A stretch of 19,462 nt of DNA, from the NCBI GenBank assembly GCA_029259115.1, contig JAPDJO010000007.1:1-19462 (forward strand), given 5' to 3'. Within the stretch, counting starts at the first letter, position 1, and every line of letters starts with the position of its first letter. Position numbers and translations under genes: made by a program. This document shows positions 10,623 to 18,275 of this stretch, piece after piece. The notes below the pieces were generated by a model. The model was not told where the DNA came from. It searched no databases and saw only the letters and a list, made by a program, of their open reading frames with translations. The stretch is from Thermoplasmatota archaeon. Lineage in GTDB: Archaea; Thermoplasmatota; E2; DHVEG-1; B18-G2.

Positions 10623-12727
10623 TACTAAAATCCATAAAGATGCAGAACTTTAGGAAATTCAAAAGCGTTGAGATAGATTTTCCAGATGGAGTCGTTGGTA
10701 TATTCGGATTAAATGGCGTTGGCAAATCTACGATATTCGAAGCTTTTGCATGGGCTCTATATGGTCATACGGCTGCAAGAACATCATCTGATAAGATAAA
10801 GAGGGATAAGGCTCTTCCAACAGATAGATGCAGAGTCGAGGTTGAATTTGTTTTCAATCAGAACAATATAAGAGTAATAAGAGAAATGATAGGAAAGAAT
10901 CTCTCCCCATCAGCTATGGCATTTGTGAATAATAGACTCGTAGCGAATGGAGCAGAAGCTACAACAAGATTTGTCCAAAATCTTTTTGGCATGGATGCGA
11001 AGACCTTTTTTACATCGATCTTTGCAAAACAAAAGGAGCTCAATGCCTTATCAGCGATGAATGCAAGTGAAAGAAAACAGCTAATCATGAGGATGCTTGG
11101 TATAGACGCGTTGGATAAAGCGATAAGGAACATAAGATCAGACATAAGAAAATCTCAGGAGATTATACAGCACTATCAGATATCACTAAAAGATGAAAAA
11201 ACCGGAAGAGATAAAGAGGAGATATTTAAGGAGGAGATTGAGAGAGACAAAGAAAAACTAAACTCTGTTGAGAAAAGGATTGATGAAAAGAAGAAACTCT
11301 TGGATGTTTTGAATATAGATTTGAAAAATCTTGAAGAAGAAAAGAATCGCATCCAGAATGTATATGAAGACATTCAGAGAAGATTGGAAGAAGAGAGAAA
11401 GAAGAAGGAACTCTTTGATAAGAAGAGGAGATTGGAAGATGAGATAGAGAAACTGAGGAAATCTGTTGAGGAAAGAAAGAAGAGTTTAGAAGAGAAAGAG
11501 AGAGAATTGAGAGAACTGCAGAGGGTTAAGGAGGATTACGATGACGTTGAAAAGAAACTGGAGGAAGCAAAGAATAGTATATCTAGCATACTTGGAGAGA
11601 TAGAAAGGGAGAAAGCAAAGATAGATGGATTCGAAAGAGAAAAGAGAAAGGCGGAGAACAAGAAGAGTAGAATAGAATCTCTAGGTCCCTCCGCCCTATG
11701 TCCGACATGTGAAAGACCTCTAGGAGAACAGTATGTTAAACTCATAGAGAAGTTTAATAGCGAGATAAAAGAAAGTGAGGAAGAAATAAGAAAGATAAAG
11801 GAAAACATCAAGATGCTAGAGGAGAAGTTGGAGAAGAGCAGGAATCTAGAAGAAGCTTTGATCAAAAAGAGGAAATATCTTTTAGATGCGAAAATGAAGT
11901 GGGAGAGGATATCCACTTTCATTCAATCTGTCAATAGAGAAATCGATAGGGAGGAGAAAGATATCGAGACAAGGAAGAGAGAAATATCTCTTATGGGGGA
12001 AGTAAAGTTTGACGGAAGTCTTTTCAAATCTTTGGAAGAGAGAGCGAGGCAGGAGTATGAGAGATATAAGGAGAGTATGGAAAGGTTAAGAAAAAAACAG
12101 ATAGAATTTGACAGAGTAAAGGAGGAAATAAAGGAAATAGAGGGAGAAGCAAATCTACTGAGGCAACATATCCAAGAGTTGAACCAGAGGATAGAAGATT
12201 TGAGAGAGATGAGGAAGAGGATGTTAGAGGAGCAGGATAAACTTTCAAAGTTAAACGTTTTGGAGAAGATAATGGGGGATTTCAGGATAGACCTAATATC
12301 GAGGATAAGACCGACATTATCAGCTTATGCATCGAGTTTATTAGAAATACTTACCGACGGAAAGTATAGCGAGATGGAGCTAAACGAGAACTATGATATA
12401 ATGATCTACGATGGAGGAACACCTTACGAAATAGGAAGATTCTCCGGAGGCGAAGAGGATCTAGCAAACCTATGCATAAGATTATCCATATCCCAAATGC
12501 TAGCTGATAGGGCTGGAGGAGAGTTTAACATGATAATACTAGATGAAATCTTTGGTTCGCAGGATGTAAATAGAAGAAGAAACATACTTAACGCCCTCAA
12601 TTCCTTGTCAAACAGATTTAGGCAAATATTCGTTATAACCCACATTGAAGAAGTAAAGCAGATGGTAAATAATGCTATAATGGTCTATGAAGCTGAAGAC
12701 GGAGCAAGCAAAGTTAAGATAGAGTGA
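10619..12727 (+). CDS. rad50: Rad50/SbcC SMC-like ATPase
   Basis: GTG start overlapping the mre11 stop (GTGA); Walker A GLNGVGKST, coiled coils, zinc hook CPTC, signature FSGGE, Walker B IILDE with D-loop FGSQD, H-loop ITH. Confidence 0.93.
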   Translation: MILKSIKMQNFRKFKSVEIDFPDGVVGIFGLNGVGKSTIFEAFAWALYGHTAARTSSDKIKRDKALPTDRCRVEVEFVFNQNNIRVIREMIGKNLSPSAMAFVNNRLVANGAEATTRFVQNLFGMDAKTFFTSIFAKQKELNALSAMNASERKQLIMRMLGIDALDKAIRNIRSDIRKSQEIIQHYQISLKDEKTGRDKEEIFKEEIERDKEKLNSVEKRIDEKKKLLDVLNIDLKNLEEEKNRIQNVYEDIQRRLEEERKKKELFDKKRRLEDEIEKLRKSVEERKKSLEEKERELRELQRVKEDYDDVEKKLEEAKNSISSILGEIEREKAKIDGFEREKRKAENKKSRIESLGPSALCPTCERPLGEQYVKLIEKFNSEIKESEEEIRKIKENIKMLEEKLEKSRNLEEALIKKRKYLLDAKMKWERISTFIQSVNREIDREEKDIETRKREISLMGEVKFDGSLFKSLEERARQEYERYKESMERLRKKQIEFDRVKEEIKEIEGEANLLRQHIQELNQRIEDLREMRKRMLEEQDKLSKLNVLEKIMGDFRIDLISRIRPTLSAYASSLLEILTDGKYSEMELNENYDIMIYDGGTPYEIGRFSGGEEDLANLCIRLSISQMLADRAGGEFNMIILDEIFGSQDVNRRRNILNALNSLSNRFRQIFVITHIEEVKQMVNNAIMVYEAEDGASKVKIE

Positions 12728-13609
12728 CTACTTTTTCCTTTTTCCTGCTTTTGACTTTTTGATTATCCTTTTCTTTATATCCTCTGCCGACTTGAACAAT
12801 CTGTCAAACAGCTCAGCGTTTGACTCGTACCACTGGCGCCATCCTTCCACTTCTTCTTTGAGTCTGTTGTTTTCTTCCTCTAGATCTTCATATAACTTGT
12901 ACAGCTTTGTGAGCCTTTCTCTCTCCTTATTGTATTCAAGCTGAAGCTTTTCGTATTTCTCCTTGTATTCTGCAAATTTCTTGTACTTGTTGAGTTCATT
13001 TAACTCTTTCTTGAGGTTATTTAACTCCTTCTCTTTTTCATTCAGTGTATTCCTCAGATTGTTTATCTCCTCCTCTAACTTTCTATTCCTTTCCTCGTAT
13101 AGATCGTGTTTTTTCTTAATCTCCTCATATTCTTTCAAAAGATTCTCTTTTTCTTGAAGTTTTTTCGAAAGCGTTTCTATTCTCTCCTTGAGATCGGTTT
13201 CTATTTCGTTTATCTTCTTTTCGTACTCCTTTATCTTATCCTCCAACTCGTTTATCCTTTTTTCCTTTTCAGCTAATTCATCCTCTTGAAGCTTATAGGC
13301 ATCCCACAGTTTGATTAACCTTTCTTTTTCCTTTTCTAGTTCCTGGCTAAACCTCTTTGCATTTTCTATAGCTTCATCTCTCTCCCTTTCTATCTTGGAT
13401 AGCCTATCTTCGAATTCTGTGATTATATCAGAGAATCTACTAATATGTTCAGCATCCAAGACCTTCTTTATCCTCTCTATCTCTTCGACTCCTTGATAAA
13501 AGGAACTTCTTATAGCTTCCAGCTGAGATGTAACCCTCTGTAAACTTTCTCTAAAAGCATCCAAATCAGTAATACTCTTAGAAACATTTGTCATCTCTTC
13601 ATCAGTCAT
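12728..13609 (-). CDS. Long coiled-coil protein of unknown function
   Basis: E/K/L-rich heptad pattern along nearly the whole length, no catalytic motif. SD-like GAGGGGG 6 nt before ATG 13609 favours that start over 13624. Confidence 0.85.
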   Translation of the reverse strand: MTDEEMTNVSKSITDLDAFRESLQRVTSQLEAIRSSFYQGVEEIERIKKVLDAEHISRFSDIITEFEDRLSKIERERDEAIENAKRFSQELEKEKERLIKLWDAYKLQEDELAEKEKRINELEDKIKEYEKKINEIETDLKERIETLSKKLQEKENLLKEYEEIKKKHDLYEERNRKLEEEINNLRNTLNEKEKELNNLKKELNELNKYKKFAEYKEKYEKLQLEYNKERERLTKLYKLYEDLEEENNRLKEEVEGWRQWYESNAELFDRLFKSAEDIKKRIIKKSKAGKRKK

Positions 13610-13659
13610 CTTAAACCCCCTCATCTAATCTTCACTTAGAAGGATTAGTTTAATAATAT

Positions 13660-14967
13660 TTAAGTATTGTGTCCCAAAACAAGGATTCTTCTCAGATTTT
13701 CCAGATTGGTTATGATGGATAAAAACACGAGGGTCAAGAATATCTGATTCATCAAAGCACCAGCCATAATTATGAACAGCCTCACATCTCTTCCAAATCT
13801 AAATTTCATCTTTTTTTCTCTTATAACCTGATCGTACTTCATCGCTGTGTAACTATTAAGTAAACTTCCTGTCAACGCGAGAAATCCAAATATCCAAACC
13901 AATGCATCTTTAAATCCTAACCAGCAGCCATACGACATCCCAAGAATAATGATGGCATCTGCATATCTGTCTAGCACAGAGTCTATCCATCTTCCATACT
14001 CGCTACTCTGGAATTTCAATCTTGCTATCTCTCCATCACATCCATCTATTATAGAAGAGATCTGAGTAAGTATGCCTGCTAAAATAAAATTCATCCATCC
14101 GCCAAGAAAGAATATAAGACCTGATAGTAGTGATAAGAGAAAACTCAATCCAGTTATTGCATTTGGAGTAACTCTGGTATTTACTAAAATCCTACTTATT
14201 CTGAGAGAAATAGGTCTATTTATGTATCTTGAGATTGGTCCATCAGTATCCTTTATTAATGATCTCAGCAACTCTTTTTCAGCAATTTCTAGAGTATTTT
14301 TATTATCCACATCGATCCAGAACCTACCCTTGATATCCAAATACCCCATTCTACCTTTTCTAGCCAATACCTTAACTCCTCCGGAGAGAGAGTCATCCCC
14401 TTGTTTTATGCTCTCTTCAATAGCATCGAATATCTTTGGAGAAAAAAGGAATATGCCACAATCTATCCCATTATAATCTTTGAGATCTTTGCCTATATCC
14501 TTTATAAGTTCTTCCTCTACTTTCACCTTGGTTGCATCCTTTAGATCAACATAATCTCTCATATCTCTATCAACAACCAAGATACCATCTTTACCTTTCA
14601 GTCCCTCTCTAGTTAATTCTTTTAGAATATCAGAATCAAAAACATGATCAGCCATTAACAGAACAAAATTATCTTTAATACGATCCCTCGCCTTAAGAAC
14701 AGATAGACCATTTCCCTTTCTCCACTCCTTGTTTTCTATATACTCTATCCTGACGTTGTATCTGCTTCCATCTCCAATCCTTTCCTTTATTTCTTTCCCT
14801 TTATAACCTACAACTATAACAAAATCCTTTATTCCTGCTTCCCTAGCTGATAGTATAACCCTTTCAATAAGAGAAAGACCAAGGAGGGGGATTAAAGGTT
14901 TTGGTAGATCTCCTGATATCTCTCTTATTCTTTTTCCTTCGCCTGCCGCTATTATTAGAGCCTTCAT
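13660..14967 (-). CDS. Bifunctional inositol-1-phosphate cytidylyltransferase / CDP-inositol:inositol-phosphate transferase (IPCT/DIPPS)
   Basis: N-terminal NTP-transferase (AAGEGKR...PKPL, GNGLS, MADH, WIDVD) fused to a CDP-alcohol phosphotransferase membrane domain (DGPISRYINR, TPN, DGCDGEIAR...G...DSVLDRYAD, GRDVR); ATGA overlap with inositol-phosphate synthase. Confidence 0.92.
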   Translation of the reverse strand: MKALIIAAGEGKRIREISGDLPKPLIPLLGLSLIERVILSAREAGIKDFVIVVGYKGKEIKERIGDGSRYNVRIEYIENKEWRKGNGLSVLKARDRIKDNFVLLMADHVFDSDILKELTREGLKGKDGILVVDRDMRDYVDLKDATKVKVEEELIKDIGKDLKDYNGIDCGIFLFSPKIFDAIEESIKQGDDSLSGGVKVLARKGRMGYLDIKGRFWIDVDNKNTLEIAEKELLRSLIKDTDGPISRYINRPISLRISRILVNTRVTPNAITGLSFLLSLLSGLIFFLGGWMNFILAGILTQISSIIDGCDGEIARLKFQSSEYGRWIDSVLDRYADAIIILGMSYGCWLGFKDALVWIFGFLALTGSLLNSYTAMKYDQVIREKKMKFRFGRDVRLFIIMAGALMNQIFLTLVFLSIITNLENLRRILVLGHNT

Positions 14968-16058
14968 CTCTCTCGCTTCCCTTGTATAAATTCTTTGACC
15001 ATATCCCTTGCTACATCATCAGGATACTGAATTGGTGGATGCTTCATAGTGTATGCAGATATAGATATCAGGGGACCACCTATGCCTCTATCAAGAGCAA
15101 GTTTGCAGCATCTTATCGCATCTATTGCAGAGCCAGCTGAGTTTGGAGAGTCTTCCACGCTTAGTCTGAGCTCCAGATTCATTGGAACGTCCCCGAATAT
15201 TCTACCCTCCATTCTCAGGAAACAAAGTTTGTTATCATTGAGCCAAGGTACATAATCTGAAGGTCCTATGTGTATATCGTTGCTTTCTAGAGGTATATCT
15301 AGAACAGACTGGACAGCCTCGGTCTTTGATATCTTCTTAGACTTTAATCTATCTCTGGCAAGCATATTCAGGAAATCTGTATTTCCTCCAACATTCAGTT
15401 GATAGGTTCTATCTATCTTTACTCCCCTGTCAACGAACAGTTTTGCCAGAGTTCTGTGTACTATGGTTGCACCTATTTGGGATTTTATATCATCTCCTAC
15501 CACGGGCAGATTCTTTTCTTCGAATCTCCTTGCAAACTCTTTGTTACTTGCTATAAACACAGGTATACAGTTCACAAATGCAACACCAGCATCGAGGCAG
15601 CAGTTCACGTAGTATCTAGTAGCTTCTTCGGAGCCAACAGGTAGGTAGTTTACAGCAATCTCTGCACCACTCTCTTTTAGAAGATCCACTATGTCAACTC
15701 CCTTTCCATTTGACACAACAAAAGTTTGATCTTCTGGATATTTACTCATGTGTGGCGCTACTCCATCGAGCACTTTACCCATCGCAACCTCAACGCCCAT
15801 CTTTGGTATATCTTTGCAAAATACCTTGGTACAATTCGGTTTTGCAAAAATAGCTTCACTCACATCCTTTCCAACCTTTCTTCTATCTATATCGACAGCT
15901 GCTACAACTTCGATATCATATGGCTTATATCCACCTATATCCCAGTGCATAAGACCTATTGCATCCTCGGGGTTTTTATCTCTGTAGTAGTAGATACCCT
16001 GAATTAGAGAGCTTGCACAGTTTCCAACACCAAATATAGCAATCTTTATCTTCCCCAC
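14964..16058 (-). CDS. ino1: myo-inositol-1-phosphate (inositol-3-phosphate) synthase
   Basis: GVGNCASSL, NYLPVGS, GDDIKSQIGAT, YQLNVGGNTDFLNM, SKKISKT, EDSPNSAG; GTG start preceded by SD GGAGGTGA. Confidence 0.96.
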   Translation of the reverse strand: MGKIKIAIFGVGNCASSLIQGIYYYRDKNPEDAIGLMHWDIGGYKPYDIEVVAAVDIDRRKVGKDVSEAIFAKPNCTKVFCKDIPKMGVEVAMGKVLDGVAPHMSKYPEDQTFVVSNGKGVDIVDLLKESGAEIAVNYLPVGSEEATRYYVNCCLDAGVAFVNCIPVFIASNKEFARRFEEKNLPVVGDDIKSQIGATIVHRTLAKLFVDRGVKIDRTYQLNVGGNTDFLNMLARDRLKSKKISKTEAVQSVLDIPLESNDIHIGPSDYVPWLNDNKLCFLRMEGRIFGDVPMNLELRLSVEDSPNSAGSAIDAIRCCKLALDRGIGGPLISISAYTMKHPPIQYPDDVARDMVKEFIQGKRER

Positions 16059-16061
16059 CGT

Positions 16062-16118
16062 ATCACCTCCCTTTGAATTTCTTTGATCCCAAGCAGGCGG
16101 AAACCCAAAGAGAGGGAT
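16062..16118 (-). promoter_or_regulatory. Leader hairpin occluding the ino1 Shine-Dalgarno
   Basis: On the minus strand CCUCUCUUUGGGUUUC (16115-16100) pairs with GAAAUUCAAAGGGAGG (16081-16066): 16 contiguous pairs including 3 G-U, with an 18-nt loop. Confidence 0.55.
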
Positions 16119-16169
16119 TTATATAGAAATATATATTAAGAAGCAAAAAAGTGAATAGAGTTTTTATAT

Positions 16170-17228
16170 TTAAAACTTTCGAAACTCTTCCAGAAGAAAG
16201 AGATTGCCTATATTTACCCTTCTAAGATATTTTTTGGCAATACTGTAGCATTCATAAACCAATCTTCTTGGAGTTACTGGCAGATCCATCATCTTGAAGT
16301 CTGGATGGAAGACCAACAGAGAGTAGGGTATGTTAGGGTTTAGTGAGGAAATAAATTTGGCTATATCTTCAACTTCTTTCTTATCTATATATCCAGGCAC
16401 AAGTAAGGTCGTTGCTGTCAGAAGATCATTTCCATCAAAATTCTCCGCTATATATTCAAAGTTTTCAAGTGTAGAATCGTTTGGTCTACCTGTTAGAGCC
16501 ATGTGAAGGTTCTTATCAAAGGCCTTGATATCAAACTTTATGATACCTCCACTTTCATAAGACATCTCTGCAGCCCTTTTAACAAGACTCCTGTTTCCTG
16601 TGCCATTCCATTCCCAGCATATCCTAACTTTTCTTTCCTCTAGAATTCTCTTGCTTGCTTCCAACAGGAAAGGCAACTGAGGCTCCGGAGTTCCACCAAA
16701 GTAACATACACAGTATGCTTTCCTGGACATTTCAACCAAATCTTCTATTTCTATCCTTTTCTTCGAATCAATCAACTTGTGTTCCCAATTCTGGCAAAAA
16801 AGACAGTTAAAAGAACATCCATATGGAAAAACCGCGAGATTATATCCTATTTCTTTACTTCCTGGACAGAACCATGAGGCACAACAATTTGTAGGTAGAG
16901 AATCATAGTATGCAGTTATTACACCTTCTAGAGTTTCTAATCTTCCACCTATATTTCTCCTCAATCCGCAGTATCCTGTTTCGCCATTTCCTATCTTGCA
17001 GTTATTCGAGCAGATTTTACACTCTATTCCTCCATTACTTCTTGGCGGTTGTTCAGGTAATCCAAATTCTCTCCTTACTTTCATATGAACCTTCTTGCAT
17101 ATCTCCAGAGACTCCTCTGGTTTGTTTCTTATACAAGACAGACACACCCCAAGAATCTTAGAAATCTCTCTGCTTATTTTTCCACATATTCTGCATTTTG
17201 CTATCCTACTTCTTTCACTACGTATCAT
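16170..17228 (-). CDS. Radical SAM protein, PFL-activase-like / AmmeMemoRadiSam-like, with Cys-rich N-terminus
   Basis: CxxxCxxC motif CSFNCLFCQN, CYFGGTPEPQ, RICWEWNG, FDIKA, TTLLVPGY, IPYSLLVFHP; extra Cys clusters CRIC..CLSC, CKICSNNC..YCG and CCASWFC. Confidence 0.88.
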   Translation of the reverse strand: MIRSERSRIAKCRICGKISREISKILGVCLSCIRNKPEESLEICKKVHMKVRREFGLPEQPPRSNGGIECKICSNNCKIGNGETGYCGLRRNIGGRLETLEGVITAYYDSLPTNCCASWFCPGSKEIGYNLAVFPYGCSFNCLFCQNWEHKLIDSKKRIEIEDLVEMSRKAYCVCYFGGTPEPQLPFLLEASKRILEERKVRICWEWNGTGNRSLVKRAAEMSYESGGIIKFDIKAFDKNLHMALTGRPNDSTLENFEYIAENFDGNDLLTATTLLVPGYIDKKEVEDIAKFISSLNPNIPYSLLVFHPDFKMMDLPVTPRRLVYECYSIAKKYLRRVNIGNLFLLEEFRKF

Positions 17229-17253
17229 GTTTCGAACTCTTAAAATAGTTCTT

Positions 17254-17392
17254 AACTGTCGGATGCCAGGGTATCCTCCTCATCATTCAGGGACTCCAAG
17301 TCCCTTGATCTGGGAGGGACCCCTACTGGCATCCCTGTGGCCTTGCGCTTGCACCTCTGATCACGAATCACAGAGGCCTTCGATACAAGGCC
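17254..17392 (-). ncRNA. Two-hairpin archaeal box H/ACA pseudouridylation guide RNA
   Basis: GC-rich island in an AT-rich intergenic region. Hairpin 1: GGCCUUG/CAAGGCC stem, internal pocket, GCCUCUG/CAGAGGU stem, K-loop UGA-UUCG-UGA, then ACA (17338-17336). Hairpin 2: GGAUGCCAG/CUGGCAUCC stem, pocket, CCUCC/GGAGG stem, K-turn-like AGA...AUGAUGA, then ACA (17259-17257). The ACA boxes lie 14 and 15 nt from the pocket tops. Confidence 0.88.
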
Positions 17393-17412
17393 AAGAAATC
17401 TATTGTTTCATC

Positions 17413-17419
17413 TAATAAA
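17413..17419 (-). promoter_or_regulatory. Putative TATA box for the H/ACA RNA
   Basis: TTTATTA on the minus strand, 21-27 nt upstream of the first paired nucleotide (17392). Confidence 0.5.
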
Positions 17420-17425
17420 TTAAAT

Positions 17426-18223
17426 TTACGGTCTAAATTTATTTATCTCATCTCTGTATCTCTCAGCAGTTTTCCTTATACCTTCTGGAGATCCCCCCTC
17501 AGCGTAGATTATGCCCCTCGATACATTTATTATCACATTCTTTCCTTCCACGCATCCATAACCCAGAGATTTTTTCAGATCTCCGCCTTGCTTGCCTATG
17601 CCTGGCACAAGCAAAATTCTATCTTTACCGATGATCTCTCTTATTTCCTTTACCTCATCTGGGTATGTTGCTCCAACCACAGCTCCGCAATTCTCTCCCC
17701 AATCTTTTATCTTCTCTGCTACAATTTGGTAAAGTTTTTTATTTCCTACTTTTAAATCCTGAATGTCTCTGGCTGAGGGATTAGAAGTTTTACAAAGTAT
17801 AAAGGTGTACCTATCCTTATAATTCAAGAAGGGCTTTACAGAATCATAACCAAGATAGGGATTCACGGTTGTAGCATCCCCCTTTAATACCTCAAATATC
17901 GCTTTTGCGTACATTCTAGCCGTATTCCCTATATCGTTTCTCTTACCGTCGATTATTACAGGTATACCATCTGGTATCATATCTAAAGTCTCCAAGATAG
18001 AGAAGAACCCTTCTTTTCCATAAGCTTCGTAGAAGGCGAGATTTAACTTGTAGCAACAAACAAAATCACATGTATTTGTTATCACTCTCTCGTTAAACTT
18101 GATTATACCATCTGGTTTTTCTCTCAAGTCCTTCGGTATTTTATCTCTATCAACATCGAGACCTACACAGAGCAAAGAATCATTTTTTGACACAGCCCTA
18201 TTTAATTTCTCTATGAATCCCAT
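17426..18223 (-). CDS. pyrF: Orotidine-5'-phosphate decarboxylase
   Basis: LCVGLD, YKLNLAFYE, catalytic DGKRNDIGNT (DxKxxDIxxT), NPYLG, KTSNPS, GAVVGAT, LVPGIGKQGG, NVSRGII. Confidence 0.96.
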   Translation of the reverse strand: MGFIEKLNRAVSKNDSLLCVGLDVDRDKIPKDLREKPDGIIKFNERVITNTCDFVCCYKLNLAFYEAYGKEGFFSILETLDMIPDGIPVIIDGKRNDIGNTARMYAKAIFEVLKGDATTVNPYLGYDSVKPFLNYKDRYTFILCKTSNPSARDIQDLKVGNKKLYQIVAEKIKDWGENCGAVVGATYPDEVKEIREIIGKDRILLVPGIGKQGGDLKKSLGYGCVEGKNVIINVSRGIIYAEGGSPEGIRKTAERYRDEINKFRP

Positions 18224-18275
18224 TGATTGTGAGAAAAACCCATCAATATTTAAGGGTTTAGAATTTACGGAAAAT

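Noticed and set aside
11200-12260. GAA/GAG/AAG-rich quasi-repeats
   Set aside because: Explained by the Glu/Lys-rich Rad50 coiled coil; no fixed repeat unit or CRISPR-like spacing.
17280-17290. CUGA and AUGAUGA on the minus strand read as a box C/D sRNA
   Set aside because: The boxes are adjacent and in the wrong order for a C/D guide; they fit a K-turn inside H/ACA hairpin 2.
17095-17415. 106-aa plus-strand ORF across the structured intergenic region
   Set aside because: Overlaps the radical SAM gene in antisense, has atypical composition, and the region is better explained by the H/ACA RNA.
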